From contig JBPOJC010000013.1 in assembly GCA_052034135.1 (NCBI GenBank), positions 1 through 60,537 of the forward strand: a stretch of DNA of 60,537 bases, read 5' to 3'. Positions 19,118 through 29,370 of this stretch are shown in pieces (position 1 is the stretch's first letter; every line of letters begins with the position of its first letter). Both the position numbers and the translations under genes were made by a program. The DNA is from Caldisericota bacterium (GTDB lineage Bacteria > Caldisericota > Caldisericia > UBA6126 > JAGPKI01). The notes under the pieces were generated by a model. The model ran no database searches and was not told the origin of the DNA. It was given only the letters and a program-made list of their open reading frames with translations.

Positions 19118-19317
19118 AAGTTTTTTATGATAAAAAAGGAAATACTTTAACTGTATGGTTTGGAAATCCTCAAGATGAATTTATAGCTGAGGAAACAGGT
19201 GAAGAAGTAATATTAATAATGGATAAAAATAGAAAAGTTATTGGTTTTGAGAAGTTGAATTTTATGATTCCTTCCCCTGAGAAGCTGGAAATTGCTTTTG
19301 AAGCAGTAAACGAATAA
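19105..19317 (+). CDS. DUF2283-family protein (putative antitoxin)
   Basis: MKVFYDKKGNTLTVWFGNP....EETGEEVILIMDKNRKVIGFE matches the DUF2283 pattern. One of three paralogues in the window. Confidence 0.75.
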   Translation: MDQMKVFYDKKGNTLTVWFGNPQDEFIAEETGEEVILIMDKNRKVIGFEKLNFMIPSPEKLEIAFEAVNE

Positions 19318-19325
19318 ATATTTAT

Positions 19326-19915
19326 GTCATTCCAAGCGATTGCGGGAATCCAGAGAGTTTTAGAAGTATGTTTAGAAATAAGGTCTGGATCCCCGATAAA
19401 AGATTTCGGGAATGACAGTGAAGGTCATTCCCGCGAAAGCGGGAATCCATGATTAGAAATTGGCCTGGATCCCCGATAAATACATTCGGGGATGACAGTT
19501 TTTACTTTGGATCCCCAATCAAGTTGGGGATGACAAAAAACAAACGATTCTGGATCCCCGATAAAAGATTTCGGGGATGACAGTTGTGTGGATTTCAGGA
19601 ATGACAAAAAACAGACAGGAATGTCTGTTCTACACTGAAAAGACAAAAGAGGAGATTCTTCGCTACCGCTCAGAATGACGGAGTAGGTGTCATCCTGAGG
19701 AAGTGTATCTTCATTTTGCTTCGTAAGGATCTCCTGGTGTGTCATTCCCGCGAAAGCGGGAATCCAGTAAAAAAAAGAATATGGATCCCCGATAAAAGAT
19801 TTCGGGAATGACAAGGACGGATACTGAAATTCTTCAGGACGTGTGCGAAAAAACCGCACTTCAGAAAGACAAAAAAGGAAGGGGAGCGTAAGCAACCGGA
19901 AGAACCTCTCCTCTT
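19326..19915 (+). repeat. mosaic hairpin-module repeat array R4
   Basis: Module order: A-variant, linker, B, A, linker, B, B-variant, B, b-half, C, D, G, A, B, E, partial G. Confidence 0.9.
19610..19629 (+). repeat. reference copy of module C (8-bp stem, GGAA loop)
   Basis: AACAGACAggaaTGTCTGTT, normally followed by ctacactgaaaag and then a D module. Confidence 0.9.
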
Positions 19916-19943
19916 TTTCTTTTTTAAAGTTATACTTTTTAGT

Positions 19944-21136
19944 TTATCCAATCCAGTGCCAGGGGATAGCAACTATCTTTGAATGCATCCATCTTATAGA
20001 ATCCCCTGCATATATGAGTATCCCTCTTACAGTCTCTGGATAGTCCTCAATAAAGGATAGCATATTTTTAATGTCATTATAAGTTGGATTTTTAGTAAAT
20101 TTTACTTCAAATATAAATATCTTCCTACCTTGCTCTAAAACAAAATCAACTTCTTTCCCTGTAAATGCTCTCCAGTAGAATATATTTCCTTTTGGGTTCA
20201 TTAGCTGCGCATAAACCTGCAAGTGGAGAAAAACCATTGTTTCAAAGAATCTACCTACTTCATTAGCATTTTCTAATTGGTCAAAACTCTTTTAGACTTA
20301 CTTGAGAAATATCCAGGAACTCTTTTGATAATGTTTGATACTTCCAATAATTTTATATATCTGTAAACTGTAGGTTGGCTGATTCCTGAATCTTGTGCAA
20401 TTCCTGTTTGATTCAGTATGTTTCCTGTCCTTATAGCTAAGGAATCCATAACTTTCTTAAAATCTATTAGAGATTCAATTTGCGATAAGTCTCGTAAATC
20501 TCTTTCAATGTAAGTCTTTATATAACTTTCCCACCAGAGAAGTATATCTCTTTCATTCTTAATATGTATTAGTGGTGGCATAAAACCTTTAAATATAAAC
20601 GGCAAGGGGTCAATTACTTCTAAGGTTTGACCATCAACTTTAAAATTTTCTTTTAAAAGTAAAGAAAAATTTCTCTCCCCGCTTGTGTTCTCAATTATTT
20701 CACCGTATGTAAAAGGGTACATTTCAAAATATATAGCTCTACCTGCAAGACTTTCACTTATGTTCTTCATAAGTAGTAGATTAAACGACCCTGAAAGTAA
20801 GAATCGCATAGTTCTATTTGTCGTGTCAACTGTAAGTTTCACAGCTGAAAGTATTTCTGGAGCTTTTTGAACCTCATCGATTATTATTTTATCGCTACCT
20901 ATCCATAAGGAGTATGGATCAATCTTTGCCTGTTCGAGAGTAGAAAAGTCATCTAAATTAATATATTTGAAATCAGGAAATTCATTTCTTAAAAATGTAC
21001 TTTTTCCTACCTGTCGTGCACCTGAGATTATAATCACAGAGAAACTTTTTATAGCTGACTTTACTAATGGACCTATTAATCTCTTTTTGTAAATCATTTT
21101 GTAATTTAATTCATTATCTGAATGAATATTATTCAT
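19944..21136 (-). pseudogene. AAA ATPase with DUF4143 C-terminal domain, split by a frameshift near 20265-20280
   Basis: The N-fragment (20273..21136) has Walker A GARQVGKST. The C-fragment (19944..20237) has ..FTGKEVDFVLE..IFEVKF typical of DUF4143. The two frames overlap around aaaagagttttgacc. Confidence 0.75.
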
Positions 21137-21194
21137 ATCTTGAATTATATTTCAAATTGAATAATAATCAAGCAATCGATTTTAAACACAGTTT

Positions 21195-21975
21195 CTTAAG
21201 CGAACGAAGGATTTCCTTAAGGTCATTCAAAGCGATTAAGGGAATCCAAGGAAAAAATAATCTGGATCCCCAATCAAGTTGGGGATGACAGTTACGGTCA
21301 TTCCCGCGAAAGCGGGAATCCAGGATTATAAATTGGTCTTGATCTCTTATAAATAGATGCGATGACAAGAAACAGACAGGTTTGTCTGTTCTACAAGAAG
21401 AAAAGAATTAGAAGAGGAGATTCTTCGCTACCGCTCAGAATGACCCCAATCGTCTTCCTGAGGGAGCGTAAGCGACCGAAGGATCTCCTTTTCTAAGAAA
21501 TGCAAAAATGAGGAGATTCTTCAGTACGTGTGCGAAAAGACCGCACTTCAGAATGACACCACCCCCGTCACCCTGAGGAGCATTTTCTCAGCGACGAAGG
21601 GTCTCCTTCTTGATGTTACTTATAAAACCAAATAATGGTCTGGATCCCCGATAAAAGATTTCGGGGATGACAGTTTTTAGTTTGGATCCCCGATAAAAGA
21701 TTTCGGGGATGACATTTGTGTGGAGTTCGGGGATGACAAAAAACAGACAGAAATGTCTGTTTTACACTGAAAAGACAAACGAGGAGATTCTTCGCTTACG
21801 CTCAGAATGACGGCGCGTGGCACTGAGAATCCTCAGGACGTGTGCGAAAATACCGCACTTCAGAATGACTGTGGGGTGGGGGTCATCCTGAGGAGCACAC
21901 TTTTCAGTGACGATGGGACCTATGCCCCCCATGTCATCCTGAGGGAGCGTAAGCGACCGAAGGATCTCCTCTCTT
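21195..21975 (+). repeat. mosaic hairpin-module repeat array R5
   Basis: Module order: A-variant, B-variant, A, B (degenerate), C, D, G, E, F, linker, B, B, b-half, C, D, E, F-variant, G. Confidence 0.9.
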
Positions 21976-22003
21976 TCAAAAAATTCTAAAACAAGTTTAA
22001 AAG

Positions 22004-22032
22004 TTGAACACTTCTACTAATTGGAGTAAAAT
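22004..22032 (+). promoter_or_regulatory. sigma70-type promoter of the HicBA cassette (conserved promoter module)
   Basis: TTGAAC (22004-22009), 17-nt spacer, TAAAAT (22027-22032). Near-identical to the promoter at 16271-16299. Confidence 0.5.
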
Positions 22033-22157
22033 CATTACTAATAAAAGAGTTTTAAAAGCAAAGATTTGTATACAATAGGAAAAAGTGAATTTATATACAT
22101 AATGATGGTTAACATTATTAAATTTAAGCAAGAGGACAAATTAATGGAGGACAAAAA

Positions 22158-22364
22158 ATGAGACAAGTTATTATATATCCTGGTGAAGATGGATATTGGG
22201 TAGCTGAATGTCCCAGTTTGCCAGGTTGCGTTAGTCAGGGGAAAACTAAGGAAGAGGCTATTGCTAATATAAAAGAAGCTATTAATGGATATATCGCAGC
22301 TCTAAAAGAAGATAACCTTCCTATTCCTGAAGAACAGTTTGAAACATTAGTAGTAGTTTTGTGA
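22158..22364 (+). CDS. hicB: HicB-family antitoxin
   Basis: 68 aa. DGYWVAECPSLPGCVSQGKTKEEAIANIKEAI is the canonical short HicB sequence. Confidence 0.9.
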   Translation: MRQVIIYPGEDGYWVAECPSLPGCVSQGKTKEEAIANIKEAINGYIAALKEDNLPIPEEQFETLVVVL

Positions 22365-22582
22365 GCAAGTTACCGATAATTTCTGGATCTGATTGCATAA
22401 AAGCATTAGGTAAGATTGGCTTTTACCCAAAACGGCGAGAGGGTAGCCATATAATTCTACGTCGAGACAATCCTTTCACGCAGACAGTTGTTCCTGACCA
22501 CCAAACATTAGATAGAGGAACTTTACGTGCTATTATTAGACAGACTGGTCTTAGTATTGATGAATTTATCAAGTTATTGTAA
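22361..22582 (+). CDS. hicA: HicA-family mRNA interferase toxin
   Basis: 73 aa. SGSDCIKALGKIGFYPKRREGSHIIL...DRGTLRAIIRQTGLSIDEF is the typical HicA/YcfA pattern. 4-nt overlap with hicB. Confidence 0.9.
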   Translation: MSKLPIISGSDCIKALGKIGFYPKRREGSHIILRRDNPFTQTVVPDHQTLDRGTLRAIIRQTGLSIDEFIKLL

Positions 22583-22590
22583 TATACACT

Positions 22591-22608
22591 CTCGGAATAT
22601 ATTCCGAG
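22591..22608 (+). terminator. 18-bp perfect palindrome after hicA (possible terminator hairpin)
   Basis: ctcggaata/tattccgag lies 9 nt after the stop codon, followed by gagcattttctt. It replaces the 5' part of an F-type module. Confidence 0.3.
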
Positions 22609-23130
22609 GAGCATTTTCTTAGCGAAGAAGGGTCTCCTCTTTTTGCCTCATTGTGTGTATCAAACCCAGATTTAAATTAAAAAAAGAAACAGTCAGGTTT
22701 GTCTGTTCTACGAGACGAAAAGAATTAGAAGAGGAGATTCTTCAGGACGTGTGCAAAAATACCGCACTTCAGAATGACAGTAGGGTGGGGTCATCCTAAG
22801 GAGCACACTTTTCAGTGACGAAGGGTCCTATGCCCCCCATGTCATCCTGAGGGAGCGTATCTTTATTTTGCTTCGTAAGGATCTCCTGGTGTGTCATTCC
22901 CGCGATTCTTCTTGTCATTCCCGCGAAAGCGGGAATCCAGAGAATTTTAGAAGTATGTTTAGAAATAAGGTCTGGATCCCCGATAAAAGAGTTCGGGGAT
23001 GACAAAAAACAAATGAGGAGATTCTTCGCTGATGCTCAGAATAACGAGATGGGCACTAAAATTCTTCAGTACGCATGCGAAAAGACTACACTTTGGAATG
23101 ACTGTGGGGTGGTGAGAAGATTCTTCGAAA
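22597..23130 (+). repeat. mosaic hairpin-module repeat array R6
   Basis: Module order: 5'-truncated F, C, E, F-variant, G-variant, A (duplicated form), linker, B, D-variant, degenerate E. Confidence 0.85.
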
Positions 23131-23170
23131 TGGATTTTATTTTTATGTTATACCATTCTTATTAAAATTA

Positions 23171-23569
23171 TCATTTTTTTAGAAACGACAAAATATTATT
23201 GTATAGTTTATCTGTCGCATTGTTGATTTTCTCTATATCTTCTTTGCTCAATGTATAATTAGGAAGCAAAGCAAAATCAGCTGGATATCGAGAATCTATA
23301 TAAATTGAATTTAATTCTTCCATTAGTGGCATTAAATCTTTAAACTTCTCTTTTATCGAAACAGGCAATAAAGTATAAAGTCTTATAATGTCATGACTTT
23401 TCGGAGGTAATATATCATTTTCATTCAATAATGCTTTTAGTAACTTTTCTATTGATTGTTGACAATGAAAAGCAAAAACTTTTTCTAAGTCTTCTATGTT
23501 GCTTAAAACATTTTTAGCTTTATAGTCTTGAGCTGCAAACTTAATCCAGGAAGCTGTTGTTATTTTCAT
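23171..23569 (-). CDS. HEPN-domain protein (toxin partner of the NTase)
   Basis: 132 aa. FAFHCQQSIEKLLKALL...PPKSHDIIRL is the classical HEPN helix pattern. 4-nt overlap with the upstream NTase. Confidence 0.8.
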   Translation of the reverse strand: MKITTASWIKFAAQDYKAKNVLSNIEDLEKVFAFHCQQSIEKLLKALLNENDILPPKSHDIIRLYTLLPVSIKEKFKDLMPLMEELNSIYIDSRYPADFALLPNYTLSKEDIEKINNATDKLYNNILSFLKK

Positions 23570-23907
23570 TTGAGGCGATATCCACTTTGTTCAATTTCTT
23601 TAGCAAAAAGTGAACCTTTATTTTTCATATAGTTCCATTCATCTTGAGTAAAAACTACAACATCCACTGGTAAGAATTCTCTTATAGGGTTTAATAATCG
23701 AGAATAATATTGATTTCTAATTAACCTTTCTCTGTAGGTAGAGTGAATCCCTCTCTTTTTAAGGAGAATTAAAATATCAATATCGCTGTCTGAATGGAAA
23801 TTATCTTTTACAAAACTACCAAAGAGCACAATTCGAACTATATCAGCTTCCTGTTTAAGACAAGATAAAATCTCTTTTTTAATGGTTTCTTTGTCAATAG
23901 TCATCAT
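23566..23907 (-). CDS. minimal nucleotidyltransferase (antitoxin partner of HEPN)
   Basis: 113 aa with LFGSFVKDNFHSDSDIDILIL. Confidence 0.85.
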   Translation of the reverse strand: MMTIDKETIKKEILSCLKQEADIVRIVLFGSFVKDNFHSDSDIDILILLKKRGIHSTYRERLIRNQYYSRLLNPIREFLPVDVVVFTQDEWNYMKNKGSLFAKEIEQSGYRLK

Positions 23908-23984
23908 ACAAAATAATATTATACATTAATATCGTAGAAATATATAAGCCAATTTACAACAAGTTGAACAGTGATAAAGTATAT

Positions 23985-24935
23985 TTAACTTTTGCGACCG
24001 AAGGATCTCCTGGAAAGTCATTCCCGCGATTTTTCTTGTCATTCCCGCGAAAGCGGGAATCCAGAATTAGAAATTGGTCTGGATCCCCGATAAAAGATTT
24101 CGAGGATGACATTTGTGTTGAGTTCGAGGATGACAGTTGTGTGGAGTTCGTGGATGACAATCCCATCCGTCACCCTGAGGAGCATTTTCCCAGCGACGAA
24201 GGGTCTCCTCTTTTCAACCCTGCATGAATTAACCCCAAACATGAAAAAGAGTAAATGAGGAGATTCTTCGCTTACGCTCAGAATGACGAAAAAGGAAAGG
24301 GAGAGTATCCTTATTTCAGCGACCGAAGAAACTCCTTCTTTTATAATACCTTATAAACCAAAAAATGGTCTGGATCCCCGATAAAAGATTTCGGGGATGA
24401 CATTTGTGTGTAATTCGGGGATGACAGTGACAGACAGGAATGTCTATTCTACAAAAAGAAATACTGGATCCCCAATCAAGTTGGGGATGACAAAGAAAAA
24501 AGAGGAGATTCTTCGCTTACGCTCAGAAAGACAGTGCGGGGCACGAGGATTCCTTAAGGACTTGCGTGCGAAAATACCGCACTTCAGAATGACTGTGGGG
24601 TGGTCATTCCCGCGATTTTTCTTGTCATTCCCGCGAAAGCGGGAATCCAGAGAATTTTAGAAGTATGTTTAGAAATAAGGTCTGGATCCCCGATAAAAGA
24701 TTTCGGGGATGACAGTGACAGACAGGAATGTCTGTTTTACACTGAAAAGACAAACGAGGAGATTCTTCAAATGCAAAATACACATTTTCAGAATGACAGA
24801 AGCGAGCGAAGATGAAGCCACCCATCCCCGTCACCCTGAGGAGCATTTTCTTAGCGACGAAGGGTCTCTTGCACGAATGCACAAAACGAGGAGATTCTTC
24901 AGGACGTGTGCGAAAATACCGCACTTCGGAATGAC
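23985..24935 (+). repeat. mosaic hairpin-module repeat array R7 (longest)
   Basis: Contains two duplicated-form A units (24016-24067, 24603-24653), several B and b-half units, and C, D, E, F, G modules, all in the + orientation. ORF-track ORFs 23954..24984 are translations of repeats. Confidence 0.9.
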
Positions 24936-25141
24936 TATTTTTATTGTCTGTAATGCGGGCTTTACAGACAACATCTATGATTGATTTAAAAATAAGTGCT
25001 GATCATCATTCTTAATTTCTATTATAGAGTTACTATTAAAGCTTTATTTGTAACAGAAATTATTTTATTTGTTTAATCCTTTTTGTTAGTTGTTAGTTTA
25101 ATTATGCCTTCTTATGAAAGTGGTCTCTTGAAAAACTCTCA

Positions 25142-25609
25142 CTAATGCATTAAAAACTGGCAGAATTCTTCCATTTTAGCATAAAGCTCCTCTTTCAGTT
25201 TAGGGAGTTGAACAATCAGATTCTTCATTTTTTCAAGATTATAGTTAAAAGTATAAATATTTCTGACAATATGACGAAAAGACCTAAATTCATCAAGAGT
25301 ATGGAGGAGTGATTCAGATATCACTGCAGGTCTTACATCTTTAACATCATATCCCATTTGCAAAATAAGATCTCGATGCCAGTTTTTTCCTTCAGGCATA
25401 GATTCATCAACAATTGTTGCTATCTGTTCAAAAATTCTTTCTATACCATTATACATATTATGCAGATTAAGAGCACTTGAATCATAATAACTTTCGTCAC
25501 CTGATATTTCTGCTTTTTCCCAAGCATTTTCTGCTTTTTCAATAGAGCGATAAATATAAACCATTTCATCTTTTATACGTTCAGATAAAATATAGTATTT
25601 TGTTTTCAC
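25142..25609 (-). CDS. HEPN-like (HepT-like) protein, partner of the NTase
   Basis: 155 aa. C-terminal LDEFRSFRHIVRNIY resembles the R..RH motif region of HepT-like families. 4-nt overlap with the upstream NTase. Confidence 0.6.
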   Translation of the reverse strand: MKTKYYILSERIKDEMVYIYRSIEKAENAWEKAEISGDESYYDSSALNLHNMYNGIERIFEQIATIVDESMPEGKNWHRDLILQMGYDVKDVRPAVISESLLHTLDEFRSFRHIVRNIYTFNYNLEKMKNLIVQLPKLKEELYAKMEEFCQFLMH

Positions 25610-25998
25610 AATAATTTTCCTGTGTTAATAATTTTTGACTTAAACTCCTGAGAAACATCATTAATATCAATTAAATGGAAAGGTTCTCCATTTGTAATTT
25701 TTTCTAATTCAACAACAGCTGAAAAGTAATCTTCTGCCCTCAGTCCCTCAACTACTAAATCAATATCTGAGTGCGAATGAAAAAATTCAAATTTTAGCAA
25801 AGAACCAATAAGATATACTTTTTTAACTTTGTAAGTTTGGTATAGCAAATCAGCCATACGTTTAGATAGCAAATGGTACAACTCATATTTACTTTTAAGA
25901 ATTAACTTTTTATTTAAATCACGTTGAGTTAATCCTTTTTTGTAGTGTAACCATTCTTTCTTTTTCTCTTGTGGTATCTCAATTTTCTTTTTGATCAT
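25606..25998 (-). CDS. nucleotidyltransferase-domain protein (MntA-like)
   Basis: 130 aa with VYLIGSLLKFEFFHSHSDIDLVVEGL. Confidence 0.75.
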   Translation of the reverse strand: MIKKKIEIPQEKKKEWLHYKKGLTQRDLNKKLILKSKYELYHLLSKRMADLLYQTYKVKKVYLIGSLLKFEFFHSHSDIDLVVEGLRAEDYFSAVVELEKITNGEPFHLIDINDVSQEFKSKIINTGKLL

Positions 25999-26016
25999 GA
26001 TTATATTATAGCACTT

Positions 26017-26202
26017 TTACTTATAATCTTTTACCAAATAGGTAAATGAACATTTACTTGTGGACAACTCTTTCGTTAATAATAAAGCATTGACCATATA
26101 AAAACAAGCATAATAAATTCGATTTATTACAGAATAATAATATTTCGACTCTAACAAAAACTTTGCGTCTCCATATGTCTCCCATGCCTTTTGTATTCTA
26201 TG
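26017..26202 (-). pseudogene. HEPN-domain gene remnant (no start, 3'-truncated)
   Basis: Minus-strand translation is IQKAWETYGDAKFLLESKYYYSVINRIYYACFYMVNALLLTKELSTSK, a typical HEPN N-terminal half, which then ends prematurely. Not in the ORF track. Confidence 0.6.
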
Positions 26203-26344
26203 CTATATGATTTGTTTGTTATCAAACATGAATACCTTCTCATACCTTCTCTTTGAATGTTTTCGTAAAATAAAGATAAAATTGCATATTTAGTGTCCCA
26301 TGTTTCTTTGGATTCAATAAACAGGTTAATAACTACATTTCTTT

Positions 26345-26581
26345 TTAATTCAATGTGATAAATTGCATCAATGATTTGATTTTCAATGCAAAGTCAACTG
26401 GTCCATCAATTAGAACAAGCAAATCAAGGTCCGATTCATTAGTTTCTTCTCCACAGGTAACAGAGCCATATAAAATAATTTCAAAGTAGTAATCAATAAC
26501 TGACTGTATAGCTTTTTTTACTTCATTAATTACTATTCTAAATTTCTGATCAATTTTTTGTAAAGATATCTCTTGCTTCAT
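26345..26581 (-). pseudogene. nucleotidyltransferase, frameshifted near 26345
   Basis: The N-terminal part has ILYGSVTCGEETNESDLDLLVLIDG. The expected C-terminal part (VVINLFIESKETWDTKYAILSLFYENIQREGMRRY) continues in another frame downstream of the stop. Confidence 0.7.
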
Positions 26582-26709
26582 ATTTAAATTATATCAGCTC
26601 AGTAATTGTTGGTTAAGAGGACGAATGGTATTACCCCAAAATAATTTGTTTTAGAAATGGATCTGTTTGATAAATTTAAGGAAGTGTCTTTTTAAGCGAT
26701 AAAAGGTTT

Positions 26710-26918
26710 CTGTGATGACGAGGGTAAAATGAGGAGATTCCTCATTACGTGTGCGAAAAGACCGCACTTCGGAATGACGGGATGGAGAGGTACAGATATT
26801 CCTCAGGGCGTGTGCGTTAATATGCACTTCGGAATGACATCACCTCTGTCACCCTGAGGAGCATCTTTCCAGCGACGAAGGGTCTCCTAAAGGTCATTCC
26901 AAGCGATTGCGGGAATCT
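26710..26918 (+). repeat. mosaic hairpin-module repeat array R8
   Basis: Module order E, E-variant, F, A-variant (gtcattccaagcgattgcgggaatc), ending at the promoter module. Confidence 0.85.
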
Positions 26919-26964
26919 ATAGCAATCTAATTATATTGAAAAACTTTCTAAATAGCTTAAAAAG

Positions 26965-26993
26965 TTGCATATATCTATTAACTATAGTAAAAT
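26965..26993 (+). promoter_or_regulatory. sigma70-type promoter of the DUF4258-DUF2283 cassette
   Basis: aaaagTTGCAT (26965-26970), 17-nt spacer, TAAAAT (26988-26993). Confidence 0.45.
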
Positions 26994-27086
26994 AATAAAT
27001 CTATAATAGCTTTAAGAGAAGAATTACTTGCAATAAAATGCTAAAGGATAATAAATAAAAGAGGCACAGTTACAGTCTTAAAAAAT

Positions 27087-27344
27087 ATGGACTTTGAACT
27101 TACAAAGCATACTCGAGACATGCTAAAGGAGCGAGATATTCTTGAAGAATGGCTATGGCTAACCATCAATAATCCTGATTGGAAAAATATAGGAGAAGAC
27201 GGTAATAATCATTATTTTAAAAGTATTAAAGAACATAAGGAGCAAATACTACATGTAGTTGTAAACCCTAATGTTTCACCAAATAAAGTAATTACGGTAT
27301 TTTTTGACCGAAGAATGAGGAGGCAAAATGAGACTAAAAGTTGA
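27087..27344 (+). CDS. DUF4258-family protein (putative toxin)
   Basis: 85 aa. FELTKHTRDMLKERDI....HVVVNPN...VITVF fits the DUF4258 pattern. Overlaps the downstream DUF2283 gene. Confidence 0.7.
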   Translation: MDFELTKHTRDMLKERDILEEWLWLTINNPDWKNIGEDGNNHYFKSIKEHKEQILHVVVNPNVSPNKVITVFFDRRMRRQNETKS

Positions 27345-27528
27345 TAAAGAAAATGATGCACTTTATTTCAGATTGGATGAATCCTCTATCATTGAATCAG
27401 AGGAAGTGCAACCTGGAGTAATCTTGGATTTTAATTTTGATGGCAAAGTAGTAGGAATTGAGATACTCAACTTAAGTACAAGGATTAATCCCGATCAACT
27501 AAAAATTCTTCAATTTGAATCTACATAA
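27328..27528 (+). CDS. DUF2283-family protein (putative antitoxin)
   Basis: 66 aa with DKENDALYFRLDES....GVILDFNFDGKVVGIEILN. Confidence 0.8.
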   Translation: MRLKVDKENDALYFRLDESSIIESEEVQPGVILDFNFDGKVVGIEILNLSTRINPDQLKILQFEST

Positions 27529-27547
27529 TTATCAATTTATTTTAAAA

Positions 27548-28232
27548 TACTTATCAAACCAAAAATTGGTCTGGATCCCCGATAAAAGATTTCGGGGATG
27601 ACAGTTTTTACTCTGGATCCCCAATCAAGTTGGGGATGACAGCGACAGACAGGAATGTCTATTCTACACTGAAAAGACAAATAAGGAGATTCTTCAGGAC
27701 GTGTGCAAAAAGACGCACTTCAGAATGACGGAGAGGTGGTCATTCCCACGATTTTTCTTGTCATTCCCGCGAAAGCGGGAATCCAGAATTAGAAATTGGT
27801 CTGGATCCCCGATAAAAGAATTCGAGGATGACAAAAACAGACAAGAATGTCTGTTTTACACCGAAAAGACAGATGAGGAGATTCTTCGCTTACGCTCAGA
27901 ATGACGGGGTGGGGGTGTTGAGATTCCTTAAGGACTTGTGCGAAAAGACCGCACTTCGGAATGACATCACCTCTGTCACCCTGAGGAGCATCTTTCCAGC
28001 GACGAAGGGTCTCCTCAAGGTCATTCTAAGCGATTGAGGGAATCCAGAACTAAGTTAAAGACAAAAATTGGTCTGGATCCCCGATAAAAGATTTCGGGGA
28101 TGACAGTTGTGTGGATTTTGGGGATGACAGTTTTTAGTTTGGATCCCCCATAAATGAGTTCGGTGATAACAAAGAAAGAACAGACATTCCTGTCTGTTCT
28201 ACAAGAAGAAATACTGGATCCCTATCGGAGAT
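27548..28232 (+). repeat. mosaic hairpin-module repeat array R9
   Basis: Module order: linker, B, B-variant, C, E, A (duplicated form), linker, B, C, D, E, F, A-variant, linker, B, b-half, B-variant, C with inverted loop, B remnant. Confidence 0.9.
27571..27603 (+). repeat. reference copy of module B (8-bp stem, 9-nt loop)
   Basis: ctggATCCCCGAtaaaagattTCGGGGATgaca. About 30 B-type copies by eye, all in this orientation. Confidence 0.95.
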
Positions 28233-28267
28233 ATTTGGAAAACAAAAATAGGAGAGTAATATAAAAG

Positions 28268-28295
28268 TTGCATACTTCTACCAATTAGGTAGAAT
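28268..28295 (+). promoter_or_regulatory. sigma70-type promoter of the PIN cassette (conserved promoter module)
   Basis: aaaagTTGCAT (28268-28273), 16-nt spacer, TAGAAT (28290-28295). The string aaaagttgcatacttctaccaattaggtagaat is clearly homologous to the promoters at 16268 and 22001. Confidence 0.45.
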
Positions 28296-28429
28296 TTTAT
28301 CGTTATAAGATGGTTAACTGAGAAAGTTTATATAAGAAAAGAGGACCAATGGAGCAACGAAAAATTAATATAGAAAACTATAAATCTCTGTCAATTTATT
28401 TAAAGATTAATTATAATTTATACTAAATT

Positions 28430-28873
28430 ATGAGATTGTATTTAGATTTATGTGTTTATAATAGACCATTTGATTCTCAGCAACAGGAAAGGATAGCATT
28501 GGAAACAAGTATTTTTATTTAAATTTTAGAGATGGCGGAGAAAGATTTGTATACTCCTATATTATCAGATGCATTAATATACGAAAACGATAAGAATTCA
28601 GATATTCAACGAAGAATAAGAGTATCTTCCTATTTTGATTTAGCAAAAAAATTTATTACAACCGAAGACTTAGATATAAATAGAGCTGAGTATCTTCAAG
28701 AATTAGGTTTTTCTGGAATTGATGCTTTACACATTACGCTTGCAGAAAAAGCTAATGCTGATTTTTTTATTACTTGTGATGATAACATTACAAGCCTGTA
28801 TAAAAAAAACAAAAACTTAATAAGGATTAATATATTAGATTTGAAAGAATTTGTTGGACGAGGAGTGATATAA
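28430..28873 (+). pseudogene. PIN-like toxin interrupted by an in-frame TAA (28520-28522)
   Basis: The ATG at 28430 gives MRLYLDLCVYNRPFDSQQQERIALETSIFI, then a stop. The same frame continues into ORF 28532..28873, which ends ..GIDALHITLAEKANADFFITCDDNI (PIN C-terminal acidic motif). Confidence 0.65.
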
Positions 28874-28874
28874 A

Positions 28875-29081
28875 ATGAGTACAACCTTACCAGAGATAAA
28901 AATTAAAGGTTGGATGGCTTTAATTAAAGAATTAGGTTATGCTGGTGCAACTAAATTTATTCTTCTATATGAACCTGGAGAAGGTGAATATACCGAGCAG
29001 CGAAAAGAGTTGTTTAAAGATAAGAGTGCTAAAGAAATCATTGATGAAATAAAAGAGGGGAGAGAACGATGTGGGCGGTGA
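28875..29081 (+). CDS. small partner protein of the PIN-like gene (putative antitoxin)
   Basis: 68 aa, starting 2 nt after the PIN stop. Its last codons and stop lie inside a D-type repeat module. Confidence 0.45.
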   Translation: MSTTLPEIKIKGWMALIKELGYAGATKFILLYEPGEGEYTEQRKELFKDKSAKEIIDEIKEGRERCGR

Positions 29082-29347
29082 GGGGATTCCTTGCTGACGC
29101 TCAGAATGACCCCTTTTTTGTCACCCTGAGGAGCATCTTTCCAGCGACGAAGGGTTTCATACCACACAGTCTTCCTGATGGAGCGTAAGCGACCGAAGGA
29201 ACTCCTTCTTTTATAATACCTAACAAAACAAAAATTGGTCTGGATCCCCGATAAAAGATTTCGGGGATGACATTTGTGTTGAGTTCGAGGATGACAGATA
29301 CTGAGATTCTCCAGAATGTGCGCAAAAGGACACACTTCAGCATGACG
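29082..29347 (+). repeat. mosaic hairpin-module repeat array R10
   Basis: Module order D-variant, F, G, linker, B, b-half x2, E-variant. Confidence 0.85.
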
Positions 29348-29370
29348 GGGTGCGACGCATTAAACAATTC

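Noticed and set aside
16900-28873. In-frame TAA/TAG codons in three toxin genes, as a sign of stop-codon reassignment or programmed read-through.
   Set aside because: TAA and TAG terminate many well-conserved genes in this window at the expected lengths, for example pheS, pheT, alr, the hydrogenase subunits and rpsU. The interrupted genes are all toxins and sit alongside frameshifted and truncated neighbours. Pseudogenisation is the simpler explanation.
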